Positions 19,509-29,438 of a stretch of DNA of 64,000 nt are shown here, piece by piece (position 1 is the stretch's first letter; each line of letters opens with the position of its first letter). The stretch is from Candidatus Methanomethylophilaceae archaeon (GTDB lineage: Archaea; Thermoplasmatota; Thermoplasmata; Methanomassiliicoccales; Methanomethylophilaceae), in assembly GCA_944320495.1 (NCBI GenBank), contig CALUHR010000002.1:36609-100608 (forward strand), in the 5' to 3' direction. A program made the position numbers and the translations under genes. The notes under the pieces were generated by a model. The model was not told where the DNA came from. It ran no database searches and saw nothing but the letters and a program-made list of their open reading frames with translations.

Positions 19509-20087
19509 TCACGCACCTGTCGAGATGTAATCGGTAATCGAACCATAGCCCATGAACATGAACGCCGCCTCGGCGATGCATATCAGTCCCAGGACCAGGA
19601 GAAGGGGCCACCAGTTCAGAATCTTTCCCACGCCCTTGACGAGCGCCTCCGCGAAGTTGAGCAGCCCGTAGACCACCGCACCGAGTATGAACGCGACGAT
19701 GATCCTCACCGGGTTCTCGGAGAGGAAACTGACGTCGAAGTCGGACACGGTCGTCACACCTCCGAGCCAGATGTACACGAGAACCATCACGAACAGCGCG
19801 ATGATGACCGCGAAGTGGACCTCGCGGAACGGACGGATGATGAGCGTGAAGGCCGCGACGGCGACGAAAACCGACGTCACCATGGCCCATGTGCCGTAGT
19901 AGGAGGCGGCCTCTATGGCCATGAAGACCCCGAACAGGAAGCCGAGGAACATCAGCCCCTTGTACTTCCAGGAGTCCTTGTCTTTGACGTACGTGACGGC
20001 GATGAGCACCGCCAACAGGCCTCCGATCAGTAGAATGGTCTGGGGGAGATTGTCACCCAGCCAGGTCATTATGTCTGTCCCATCCAT
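19509..20087 (-). CDS. Hypothetical multi-pass membrane protein
   Basis: 192-aa ORF with about 6 hydrophobic segments and host-like codon usage. Confidence 0.75.
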   Translation of the reverse strand: MDGTDIMTWLGDNLPQTILLIGGLLAVLIAVTYVKDKDSWKYKGLMFLGFLFGVFMAIEAASYYGTWAMVTSVFVAVAAFTLIIRPFREVHFAVIIALFVMVLVYIWLGGVTTVSDFDVSFLSENPVRIIVAFILGAVVYGLLNFAEALVKGVGKILNWWPLLLVLGLICIAEAAFMFMGYGSITDYISTGA

Positions 20088-20148
20088 ATGTAAGAAAACG
20101 GATGATGGTTATAAAGGGGTTAGGCCCGCCCGGAGGCGGGCTCTTGGA

Positions 20149-20547
20149 TCATGCGATCTGTTTTCCGGCGTCGGGATTGGCGCCCTGGTTGTAGACAGCC
20201 TCGACGTCGAACACCCACATCGCGTTGGCGTGGAGGTGAATGGGGGCGAGAGCCTCGTTCATCTTGTCGAGGTCGGCACCGGAGTCGATGCGGACAGGGT
20301 TCTTTACGTCAATCTCCCAGGCCTCCATGCCGGCGGCAATCATGAAGGAGGCTTTCGGATTCTCGGCCAGGTTGGCGGCCGACTTCTTCATCAGGACCTC
20401 TCCGACGACCATTTTGTCGGGAGCGGGGGACATGATGGTGCCGCAGACGATGGCATGGGGCTGCCCGTCTTTTCCAGCTGTGACGAGTACCTTGACGGTA
20501 CCCTGTGCGTTCATTTTCTCGATGACATTGGACGGAATGCTTGCCAT
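20149..20547 (-). CDS. Pyridoxamine 5'-phosphate oxidase-like FMN-binding protein
   Basis: VLVTAGKDGQPHA, KSAANLAENPKASF; start ATG 20547. Confidence 0.8.
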   Translation of the reverse strand: MASIPSNVIEKMNAQGTVKVLVTAGKDGQPHAIVCGTIMSPAPDKMVVGEVLMKKSAANLAENPKASFMIAAGMEAWEIDVKNPVRIDSGADLDKMNEALAPIHLHANAMWVFDVEAVYNQGANPDAGKQIA

Positions 20548-20711
20548 TCGAATCACCATATTCTGAATCGGGCTGTCAGTATTTGGGGGATTGGTATCAT
20601 GGATGTAATCTGTCATCAGATTGGAGCATACGTCCAATATTTTGCCTGGACCACGTTTTTAATATCAAAAAGTGGCAACATTTATTATTATTCATAATAG
20701 TTAGTGACTAG

Positions 20712-21590
20712 ATGTACCAGCACACATAGATGACGTTCGAGAGCATGGAATCGGAGATCCAGGACCTCAGCTTCCACAGTGCCGTCCTGAGAAGGGACTC
20801 CCGCTCCGGTAGGCATTGGGATTCAACCGTCATGAGAACCCCCGATGGGAGCTTCACCAATCTCGCCCTCATCTTCTCTGACCAGTGCCCCTGGTCCTGC
20901 GAGATCCGCGTGGACGGCGATGCGGAGTACGTCGCGACTGGATCAGTACTCGAACAGATTCATGTCGTCGGACAGCAGGTAGTCACCATCCGCCGCAGGC
21001 TTTCGGAGAAGGCTGGGACCGGGGTGACGAAGATACAGGGTCTGGCGTTCTCGGAGGTCCTGCTCAACGCCATCTGCCATCGCAGCTACTGCGATCCCTC
21101 GCCCATAGTGGTGGATGTGAATCTGGAATGCACAACAGTGACCTCCCCCGGCGGCATGATGAGACTGGGGATAAGCTACAGGGAGCGCACGAGGAACCCG
21201 CGTCTGACCGAGATTCTCGTATCCATGGGATACAAGAACACGGCCATACGCGGCATGGCGGGTGTCAGGAGGGCCTATCGCAGCTGCTAGTACAGGCCGG
21301 AGGTAACCGTCGGGGATTCATGGAGCGTCAGCCTGCCGGGGATGGTGGAGCTCGGCTCCGCCTATGAGGGCAGGAGATGCAACGTCATCAGATACATGCT
21401 GGGACACGGCCCCGTAGACGAGGATGAGATCGTGAGAAGGCTCGGGATGGCGGCATCCACGGCGCACGAGGTCCTGTGCAGGATGACCGACGAGGGCGTC
21501 CTGTTCTCCATGGGAGACAGGGATGACAGGAGGTTCTTCCTGAGTGACAGACCCAGATGGGCAGGCATCGCGAACGGACACCGTCACTGA
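20712..21590 (+). CDS. RecG-C/ATP-binding + wHTH regulator-like protein with in-frame TAG codons (candidate Pyl protein or pseudogene)
   Basis: TNLALIFSDQC, EVLLNAICHRSY, RNPRL motifs; ORFs 20730-21290 and 21342-21590 share one frame separated by TAG 21288-21290; another TAG at 20727-20729 follows ATG 20712. Confidence 0.6.
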
Positions 21591-21612
21591 GAATTGAAAG
21601 AAAGAAGAAAGG

Positions 21613-21685
21613 TGGACAGGGCGAGATTCGAACTCGCGGCCTCTACCATGCCAAGGTAACGATCTTCCAACTGATCTACCTGCCC
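21613..21685 (-). tRNA. tRNA-Ala(GGC)
   Basis: TTACC-TTGGCAT-GGTAG anticodon arm; GTTCGAATC. Confidence 0.95.
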
Positions 21686-21712
21686 AGCAAATTGTGGATA
21701 GTTTCCTAGTAT

Positions 21713-23134
21713 TTATAAGTTTGTTTTGTCGAAGTCCTGGACGAGGTTGGTCTGGAACCTGTGGACCTCTCCGGGGATCGAAGTGGGGTATTTTCCATTC
21801 ACACAGGCCAGGCAGAGGTCGGCCTCCTTGAACCCGATGGCCTCGACGAGGCCCTCGATGCTGATATAGCCGAGACTGTCCGCGCCGATGATCTGTCTGA
21901 TCTCCTCGACACTGTGCTTGGTCGCTATGAACTGGTCGCGGGTCTTCATGTCCACACCGTAATAGCACGGCGCGATGATCGGCGGACTGCCGATCCTGAC
22001 ATGGATCTCCTTCGCTCCGGCGGACCGGAGCATCTGGATGAGCTTCTTCAGGGTGGTACCCCTGACGATGCTGTCGTCGATGATCATGATGCGCTTGCCG
22101 CTGACCGTGCTCCTGATGGGATTCATCTTCATGGAGACGGCCTGCTCCCTCTGCTTCTGGTCGGGCATGATGAAGGTCCTCTCGGCGAAGCGATTCTTCA
22201 TGAAGCCCTCCTCATAGGGTATGCCTGTCGCGGCTGAATAGCCGATGGCGTGGGCGCGTCCGGAATCGGGGATGGGCATGACCAGGTCCACATCTGCGGG
22301 GCATTCCCTCGCCAGGATCTCGCCGATGCGCCTGCGCACCTCGTATACCTCGCTCCCGTCGATGACGGAATCGGGACGTGCGAAGTAGACCCACTCGAAC
22401 ATGCAGTAGGCCTTGGGATGCTGACCGACCGCGGGATAGATCTTGAACGTGTCCTTGGTGATCTCGCAGATCTCCCCGGGTTCGATGTCGCGGACGAACT
22501 CCCCGTGGAGCGCGTCGATGGCAGCGCTCTCCGACACGGCGATGTATCCCCCGTCGAGCCTTCCGAGGCACAGAGGCCTGAATCCGTAGGGGTCGCGGAT
22601 GGCGAACAGCCTGTCGTTGATGAGGATCGTGAGAGCGTACGCCCCGTCGAGCTCGCCCATCGCGGCCCTGATCGCCTTGACCGGGTCGTTGTACATGGTC
22701 ATGTACTTGCCCAGGAGCTTGGTGACCAGCTCGCTGTCAGAATCCGTGAGGAAGGTCCAGCCCTCCTTCATGTAGCGGTCCTTCAGCTCGGCGAAGTTGG
22801 TGATGTCGCCGTTGTGCGCGACGGCCACGGTACCGAAGTTGGTCATGACCGTGAGCGGCTGAGCATTCACTATGCTCTTGGAACCGGTCGTGGAATAGCG
22901 GACGTGGCCGACACCGACGTGGCCGACCGCGGCCTGCACATCCGCCTTGGGGAGGGCCAGATTGACCAGCCCGTTCCCCTTGAGGGTGTCTATGGAGGCG
23001 CCGTTGAAAACGGAGATGCCGGCGCTCTCCTGCCCGCGATGCTGGATGATCATGAGGGCCGTGTAAAGCGACGGAGCGACATCGTAGTCGGCGCTGATGC
23101 CGACAACGCCGCAGCTGTGCTTTGGCCCTGTCAT
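21713..23134 (-). CDS. purF: Amidophosphoribosyltransferase
   Basis: N-terminal SCGVVG, QHRGQESAG, GHVRYST, DDSIVRGTT; ends TAA. Confidence 0.97.
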   Translation of the reverse strand: MTGPKHSCGVVGISADYDVAPSLYTALMIIQHRGQESAGISVFNGASIDTLKGNGLVNLALPKADVQAAVGHVGVGHVRYSTTGSKSIVNAQPLTVMTNFGTVAVAHNGDITNFAELKDRYMKEGWTFLTDSDSELVTKLLGKYMTMYNDPVKAIRAAMGELDGAYALTILINDRLFAIRDPYGFRPLCLGRLDGGYIAVSESAAIDALHGEFVRDIEPGEICEITKDTFKIYPAVGQHPKAYCMFEWVYFARPDSVIDGSEVYEVRRRIGEILARECPADVDLVMPIPDSGRAHAIGYSAATGIPYEEGFMKNRFAERTFIMPDQKQREQAVSMKMNPIRSTVSGKRIMIIDDSIVRGTTLKKLIQMLRSAGAKEIHVRIGSPPIIAPCYYGVDMKTRDQFIATKHSVEEIRQIIGADSLGYISIEGLVEAIGFKEADLCLACVNGKYPTSIPGEVHRFQTNLVQDFDKTNL

Positions 23135-23147
23135 GAGGATCCCTCGA

Positions 23148-23318
23148 TCAGTCGCGGATCTTAGCCCAGTTGTAGGACCTGATGGTTGCGGTCTTGCCGT
23201 ACCCGCAGGAGGCGCAGACGCCCTTCCTGACGTGGTAGGCGCGCTTGCCGCACCTGCGGCAGGGGATGTGAGTCTTGTACTTGTTGTGTTTTCCCTGTGC
23301 GGGTGTTCCCTTTCCCAT
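23148..23318 (-). CDS. rpl37e: Ribosomal protein eL37, missed by ORF track
   Basis: [41 protein letters not shown]...: C2-C2 zinc finger. Confidence 0.95.
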   Translation of the reverse strand: MGKGTPAQGKHNKYKTHIPCRRCGKRAYHVRKGVCASCGYGKTATIRSYNWAKIRD

Positions 23319-23432
23319 GATCATCACTCCAGTGAATCGTGAGCGCCATCTCTCACACGCGTACGCGTGCTATACTGGACGGCGGATGGGCCTGCCTATA
23401 GGCAGGCATTATTTGAAGGTATCTGCCGGGCG

Positions 23433-24545
23433 TCAGACGAACGCGCCGATGGTGGGCGCGTCCAGACGGTCCATGTCGTAGAAGATGATGGCCTCCCTCA
23501 TGCCCTCGGCGCCGCATCCGGTGCCCATGAAGTGATCGAGCAGCGACATCCTCCAGAGCAGGTCCATGATCGACACGGACAGGCACCCATAATAGGAGTT
23601 AGACATGTCGTCCTCGTAGCCGTTCTCGTCCATCAGGGAGAAGACGCTCCCCATGAAGCTGTCCCTGGAGTTCAGCGTACGTATGTAGTCCCTCAGGACC
23701 GCGGCACCCTCCTGGTCGGGCACCCTGAGCCGGACGTCGGCGGCGTCGGCGAACGCCTTGTGGTGGAGCTCGCCCTCGTCGTCCATGACCATCCACTCGA
23801 CGGTGCCGTCCACGGCCATGAACATGTTCCAGTTCCACTGCGGGTCGCAGTACACCGGAACGCTGAGCGGATCCTCGGAGCCCATGGACTCCATCGCGGA
23901 CTCCATCCCCGCCTCCTGCAGGGACGCCATGTCAGGCTCCCTGTCCGGCTGGATGGCGCGGAGGGACATCACCGGCTCGATGGAGGCGGCATCCATGATC
24001 CTGCCCAGGTACGAGATGTCGGAGAACATGGCGAGGTTCTCGGACACGGACATCCTCAGACCGGAGGGGTCCACCATCACGCCGGCCTCGCGGCAGTTGG
24101 CGTAGAACTCCGTGTAGACGGCCTTGGACTCCGCCATCGCGGCGTCCGCCCTCGATGATGCCAGCGCCACCACGGAGCGGGCCTCGTCCATGGCGCTGAC
24201 GCCGCTGCCGGTCCAAGCCCCCCTGCATGAGAGGTCGAGCTCGACCTGCAGACGGTCGCTGGCGTAGAGGTGGAACGGGAACTGGCGGCAGTAGGCCGGC
24301 CTGTCCTTGTACACGGAGCACCTCCTCCCGTTGAGGAACGTGCAGGAGCCGCGGCCCTTCTTCAGCGCGAGCGCGGTGTAGGGCTCCGGACCCCTGGATC
24401 TCACGAGCGCCGAGGGGTGGTTCCTCTTGAAGAACGGGCGCTCCTCCGGAAGGACCTCCGGCTGGCACAGGCAGCACATGCCGCACTGAGGGGGGCACTC
24501 GACGAGCCTCCCCGATATCTCTGAGTAATCGACCTCGTAGTCCAC
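23433..24545 (-). CDS. YkgJ-like cysteine-cluster (Zn/Fe-chelating) protein
   Basis: CGMCC, CTFL, CSVYKDRPAYCRQFPF; GTG start at 24545 overlapping the pyrC end. Confidence 0.8.
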   Translation of the reverse strand: MDYEVDYSEISGRLVECPPQCGMCCLCQPEVLPEERPFFKRNHPSALVRSRGPEPYTALALKKGRGSCTFLNGRRCSVYKDRPAYCRQFPFHLYASDRLQVELDLSCRGAWTGSGVSAMDEARSVVALASSRADAAMAESKAVYTEFYANCREAGVMVDPSGLRMSVSENLAMFSDISYLGRIMDAASIEPVMSLRAIQPDREPDMASLQEAGMESAMESMGSEDPLSVPVYCDPQWNWNMFMAVDGTVEWMVMDDEGELHHKAFADAADVRLRVPDQEGAAVLRDYIRTLNSRDSFMGSVFSLMDENGYEDDMSNSYYGCLSVSIMDLLWRMSLLDHFMGTGCGAEGMREAIIFYDMDRLDAPTIGAFV

Positions 24546-25803
24546 GGACGTCCCTTCCGATTGGTTCGCCGCAGAACTCTCCGTCCCGTACTTGAAGGCT
24601 TCCCCTGACGCAGACGCATCTCGGGAAGACGGCCGGGAACCCCCCGTAGGGGGAGTGGCCACACCTGCTGTGCAGACGGGGCACGTCTATGGGTGCGGAC
24701 CGCCTGAGGTCGAAGATCGCGAGGTCCGCATCGTAGCCCTCGGCAATCCTGCCCTTGGGGACGTCGAACAGCCTGCCGGCGTTGTACGATCCCATCCTGA
24801 CCGCCTCGGACAGCTGGAGATCGCCCCTGCGGACCATCTCCATCATCATGGGCACCGCCGTCTCCACACCCGGTATGCCTGACGGCGCCTCGGCGAACGG
24901 ACGGTCCTTCTCGTCGGCCGCATGGGGCGCGTGGTCGGTCCCGAGCATGTCGAACCCGCCCCCCATGAAGAGGGCGCGGAGGGCCTCCCTGTTGCGGGCG
25001 TCCCTCAGCGGGGGGTTCACCTTGTACTCGGCGCCGGGGTTGCGATCGGCGTCGAAGGTGATGTGGTGCATCGTGCATTCGGTGGAGAAGCCTGCATCCC
25101 TCGCCATGGCCAGACCCTCTGGGGTGGTCAGATGGCAGATGTTGATGCTGGATCCGCGGAAGTTCGCGGCCAGTCTGGAGATGGCCTTCCACTCCGCTTC
25201 GGCCGGACGGTTCCTCAGGTGGTCCCTGCAGCACCGCTCCTCCCCCTTCGATATGAAATGGTCGTCCTCAGCGTGGACGCTCATGCGCCTGCCGGTGGCG
25301 AGCACGTCCCTGACCGCCGGGATCATCTCCTCGTCGTCGTCCAGGAGGATGTTCCCAGTCGTCGATCCCATGAACAGCTTGAACCCCACGACGAGCGGCG
25401 CCAGCATCCCGGCGTTGATTCCCGCGGTGACCGCCGCGAACAGACCGTAGTCCGTGACGGCCTTCCTGCCGACGACGGCCTTCTTCTCCGTGAACGTGCG
25501 GACGTCGGTGACGGGCGGCACGGTGTTGGGCATGTCGTACACGCAGGTCACTCCCGCGTGGACCGCAGCTAGCGTCCCGGTGCCGAAGTCCTCCTTCCCG
25601 GTCATCCCGGGGTCGCGGAGATGCACATGTGGATCGATGAACCCGGGCAGCATGACGTCGCTGGTCCCCAGCTCGATCCTCCTGTCCCCTCCACGCACCA
25701 TGCTGCCTACGGAGACTATCCTCCCGTCACAGATCCCGACCTCGGTGTACCTGAGCTCCCCGTCGACGAGGGCCCTGCCGCACACCACGGTCTCGATGTC
25801 CAA
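24535..25803 (-). CDS. pyrC: Dihydroorotase (end placed at CGA 24535-24537, 422 aa; standard code gives 623 aa)
   Basis: PGFIDPHVHLRDPG, DMPNT, KVNPPLR, GTDHAPH, GIPGVET. Confidence 0.92.
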
Positions 25804-26389
25804 TGTCCTCCCTCCGGACGATGTCGCCGCGCGGGGTGGTCTCGCGCCAGGCCTCGCCCGTGAAGGTCTCTATCCTGGCCCCCTCGCGCCTCCATGTTCC
25901 CGGCGGGAGACCCGCCTTCATGCAGAGATGGTCGAGGTACTCCTCCTTGTCCCAGCCCTGCTCAACGGGGACCTGCGGGAGGAACAGCCCTCTGCGGCCC
26001 ATGAACGATAGTATCAGCCCGTCGCGTCCGATGACGATGCTCTTCAGAATCCCCTCGGGCGTGTCCGCGCGTATCGCCTCCGGCCTGCTCAGGACGGTGA
26101 CCTCGACGGTCACGCCGCCGAGCTCCCCGGGGGACAGGCGGGGGAACCTCGGATCGTTGCAGGCGGATCCGGCCGCCTCGACGATAGCCCTGCCCAGCGG
26201 CATCACGGGCATGGGGATCCCTATGCATCCGCGGAGCTCTCCGGCTGGGAACGTGTCCAGGGTGACGAACGCCCCTGCGGAGTCCGAGAAGGCGCCGATG
26301 TCGGGGATCGCCGGTGCCGGACGGCCCGAGGCCTCGGCCTCCACGGCCGATCTGGCCAGTCTAACTGCCTCCTCGCCCTGGAGCATCAT
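25793..26389 (-). CDS. AMMECR1-family protein (end placed at CGA 25793-25795)
   Basis: GAFVTL, LRGCIG, DPRFP, GLFLPQVPVEQGW. Confidence 0.9.
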
Positions 26390-26841
26390 CGCTCACCGAC
26401 ACCCTTGAAGACGCCGTCCGCGTCCCTGCGGTCGTCGGAGACGATCTCGACCCTCTTGGGGGCCTCCCTGCGGCATTCGTGGGCCCTGCAGGCGGCGTCC
26501 TTCATGGTGGCCTCGGTGCTGCGGAACCCGTCCCTGACGGGAGCCGGCATGGGAGCGCGCTCCATCAGGGCGCTCATGCCCATGAAGAACTCCAGGCCCA
26601 TGTTCACGAAGTGCCTCTGCACCTCGGGGTCTGTGAATGCCGAATAGGCAGTGCGGGCGAGGTCCTCCGCCCTGGCGCGGGACTCGTCGGCGAATCCCCT
26701 GGCGTGCCCGTAGGCCTGCCTGGCCGCGTCCCTCTCGGCATCGACGAACTCCCTGGCGGCGCTCTTCTGCGTCTCGATCATCCTCTCTATGAGGTCCCTG
26801 TTGTTTGCGACGAACGCCTCGAACTCTTCATCTGTGGTCAT
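26386..26841 (-). CDS. Hypothetical helical protein (ends CGA-TGA)
   Basis: 151-aa ORF coupled to both neighbours. Confidence 0.75.
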   Translation of the reverse strand: MTTDEEFEAFVANNRDLIERMIETQKSAAREFVDAERDAARQAYGHARGFADESRARAEDLARTAYSAFTDPEVQRHFVNMGLEFFMGMSALMERAPMPAPVRDGFRSTEATMKDAACRAHECRREAPKRVEIVSDDRRDADGVFKGVGER

Positions 26842-28015
26842 AGTAGACCCTCCTGAACTTGATAAGGAGCTTATCGCCCTTGAACTCTGCCCCGTCTATC
26901 TCCGAATCCATCATGACGTCGGGCAGCTGGACGTTGATCTTCTGGCTCCCGACATGGACCATCAGGGTGCTGCGGTCCAGCCTGAAGAGCTCGACCTCCT
27001 TCGAATCCACGAAGGGCATGCGGATCTCGACGATGTCGTGGTCCCCGGAGGTCACGAACCTCATGGGGCTGGCCTCAGAGTAGACCGCGGCGGGATCGCC
27101 GTCGCCGTAGATCAGGCGCGCCATCTCCCTGAGCTTCTCCTCCCCGCGGAGCTCGGTGCGCATCATGGGGCACCCCTTGATGACCATGGGGTCGAACGCG
27201 CTGTGGATCAGCGCCATGTTCTCCTCCTGCTCGGCGAACCTCTCCCTCAGGAACTCCGACTCGGACGCCTCCGGGGGCAGAATGCGGTTGACGATCAGCG
27301 CCTCGACGTTCTTGTTGTAGAGGCTGAGGTAGGTGTAGGCGCGCATGGTCTCGCGGATGACCATCTTCTCCGGGTTCACCACGAGGCGGACGGTGGTGCG
27401 GGTCGGATCCTCGAGGATGACCTTGACGCGGGACATGTTGTCCTTGATGTCCTCGATGCTCTCCATCACCTCGTCGGACGGCAGTGGCATGTCCATGATC
27501 TTGCCGACTGTGGCCTTGGCGATCTTCATGAGCCTGCGGATCACCGGGAACCCGCGGTCGAGATACCAGTTGGTCACGTCGGGGAAGCTCATCAGCCTCA
27601 GCGTCTCCCCGGTGGGGGCGGTGTCCATGACGACCACGTCGTAGGTACCCTGCTCGTCGAACTGGTTCACGTAGAACAGCGCGGAGATCATCTCCATGCC
27701 GGGAAGTATGGCCATCTCCTCCGCGGATATCTCGCCCATTCCCTGGGAGAGCATGAACGCCGAGACGTAGTTCTGGATGTCGCTCCACTTGTTGCGCATC
27801 TCGTAGATTATGTCGATCTCGAGGACGTCGAGGTTCTCCCTCACATGCGTGATCGAGTTCCCCAGCTTCATGTCGAGGGAGTCGCCGAGGGAGTGGGCCG
27901 AATCCGTGCTCATCAGGATCGTCCTGTAACCCAGCTCTGCGAGGCGGAAAGCAGTGGCGGCCGATGTGGACGTCTTTCCGACGCCCCCCTTGCCGGTGTA
28001 GATGATGAGCCTCAT
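26828..28015 (-). CDS. ArsA/Get3-family ATPase with C-terminal HSP20-like domain
   Basis: GKGGVGKT, STDSAHSL, DTAPTGETLR, beta-rich C-terminal extension. Confidence 0.9.
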   Translation of the reverse strand: MRLIIYTGKGGVGKTSTSAATAFRLAELGYRTILMSTDSAHSLGDSLDMKLGNSITHVRENLDVLEIDIIYEMRNKWSDIQNYVSAFMLSQGMGEISAEEMAILPGMEMISALFYVNQFDEQGTYDVVVMDTAPTGETLRLMSFPDVTNWYLDRGFPVIRRLMKIAKATVGKIMDMPLPSDEVMESIEDIKDNMSRVKVILEDPTRTTVRLVVNPEKMVIRETMRAYTYLSLYNKNVEALIVNRILPPEASESEFLRERFAEQEENMALIHSAFDPMVIKGCPMMRTELRGEEKLREMARLIYGDGDPAAVYSEASPMRFVTSGDHDIVEIRMPFVDSKEVELFRLDRSTLMVHVGSQKINVQLPDVMMDSEIDGAEFKGDKLLIKFRRVYYDHR

Positions 28016-28116
28016 GACCGATGCCACGCATGGCGAGCTATTTAAATGGTCCAATGGAAGGGACGGGAGACCAGATGTTCGAAGACCCCTGTCAGGACGA
28101 TGGAATTTAGAAGAGA

Positions 28117-28223
28117 TGGTGCCGGGAATGGGACTTGAACCCATGGCCTTCGGATTTCCCTGGCAGAGGTCTGGTGACCAGAACCCTATGAGTCCGACGC
28201 TCTACCAACTGAGCCACCCCGGC
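28117..28223 (-). tRNA. tRNA-Met(CAT), elongator type, with ~31-nt intron and encoded CCA
   Basis: GCCGGGG acceptor; TCGGA-CTCATA[intron]A-TCCGA; GGTTCAAGTCC. Confidence 0.9.
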
Positions 28224-28381
28224 TTAAGGCTCCCGATTGGCTCCTAGATTATATTGCTTTCTATCGGTCGACGGTCCGCGGACATCCATGGCTCACGCTG
28301 GACGGGAGAATGATGGGAAGATGCGCCGTGACCCGGGCGCGGGGTTTGGGGTTTGAGCGGGGGCCTGGACCCCCTTGAGAA

Positions 28382-29146
28382 TCACTCCTCGACCTTCTCC
28401 TCTGCGGGGGCCTCGGCCTCGGAGGGTGCCTCGGGCTCAGCGGCCTCCTCAGCGGGAGCGTCCTCGACGGCCTCCTCCTCGGAGGTCTCCTCGACGACGG
28501 TCTCGGGCATGATGGACTCGGGCTCGGAGTCGCCGGCGGCCATGACCTCGGACTTGCGGATCTCGATCCTCTTGATGGGGATGATGATGCGGCAGGCGCG
28601 GGCCAGGTCCTTGGCGAGGTCTCCGGAGACGATGGCCTTGACCATCTGGGACAGGGTCTGCTCCTGACCCATGGCGACGAGGGTCTCTCCGATGACGCGC
28701 CTCATGGCGTCCTCCTGGGAGGACTGGATGCGCTTGTCGGCGATGGCCATGGTCTTGATCCTGTAGGAGAAGCCGTCCTTGGTGACGATGTCGACGACGT
28801 GGTCGGTCTTGGTCTTCTTCCTGCGGGTCAGCCTCCTGACGTAGTCGCTGGTCAGGTCGTGGCCGATGAACTCGGTCTTGGCGTCGTGTCCGTCGACGGA
28901 GGACACCTTGAACCTGAGCTTGATGTGCATCTTGGAGAAGTCGCCGGTGAGGTCCTGGACGGTGACCTCGACGGTACGTCCGATGACGTACTCGGGGTCC
29001 GCGGAGGGGGTCTCTCCGATCTCGGCCTCGTTGAACATGCGCGGGGCGTGGATCTTGTACCACTCCTTCGCCTTCCACTTGTCCCTGACCTTACGGCCGC
29101 CACCGGCCGCCTTGGCCTTCTTTGCTGCAACGGATGCTCCTGCCAT
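28382..29146 (-). CDS. rps3ae: Ribosomal protein eS1 (S3Ae)
   Basis: KVRDKWKAKEWY, DYVRRLTRR; acidic C-terminal tail. Confidence 0.97.
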   Translation of the reverse strand: MAGASVAAKKAKAAGGGRKVRDKWKAKEWYKIHAPRMFNEAEIGETPSADPEYVIGRTVEVTVQDLTGDFSKMHIKLRFKVSSVDGHDAKTEFIGHDLTSDYVRRLTRRKKTKTDHVVDIVTKDGFSYRIKTMAIADKRIQSSQEDAMRRVIGETLVAMGQEQTLSQMVKAIVSGDLAKDLARACRIIIPIKRIEIRKSEVMAAGDSEPESIMPETVVEETSEEEAVEDAPAEEAAEPEAPSEAEAPAEEKVEE

Positions 29147-29438
29147 AGTAGGTAACTCCTTTGAACTGTCCGCGACGATTCATCGGTCATATAAAAGGCT
29201 ATGCGGAACGCGGAATCCTGTCCGGACGACGGAAATCGCATGTGCCAGACATTCCTTCGCTATCCTTGTAAGGAATATGTTATCCTTTTTGGATTGGTAC
29301 CGCGTGTATTTGAACTTCACTCAACATAACTTATAATGAAACGCCGGGATCGGAGAGGGGTCCGAACGGAGGACGTGGATGGAGAATCGATGAGAGGTAA
29401 GGATTGAGGGGATGACCCCCTCGTTTGGATTGCGGTTT

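Noticed and set aside
23932-24534. 200-aa C-terminal extension of dihydroorotase
   Set aside because: It is the alternate frame of the YkgJ-like gene beyond the CGA, with no domain-like content.
28335-28363. G-quadruplex-like motif (four G tracts)
   Set aside because: It lies in a GC-rich terminator-like region after rps3ae on the template strand; expected by chance at this GC content.
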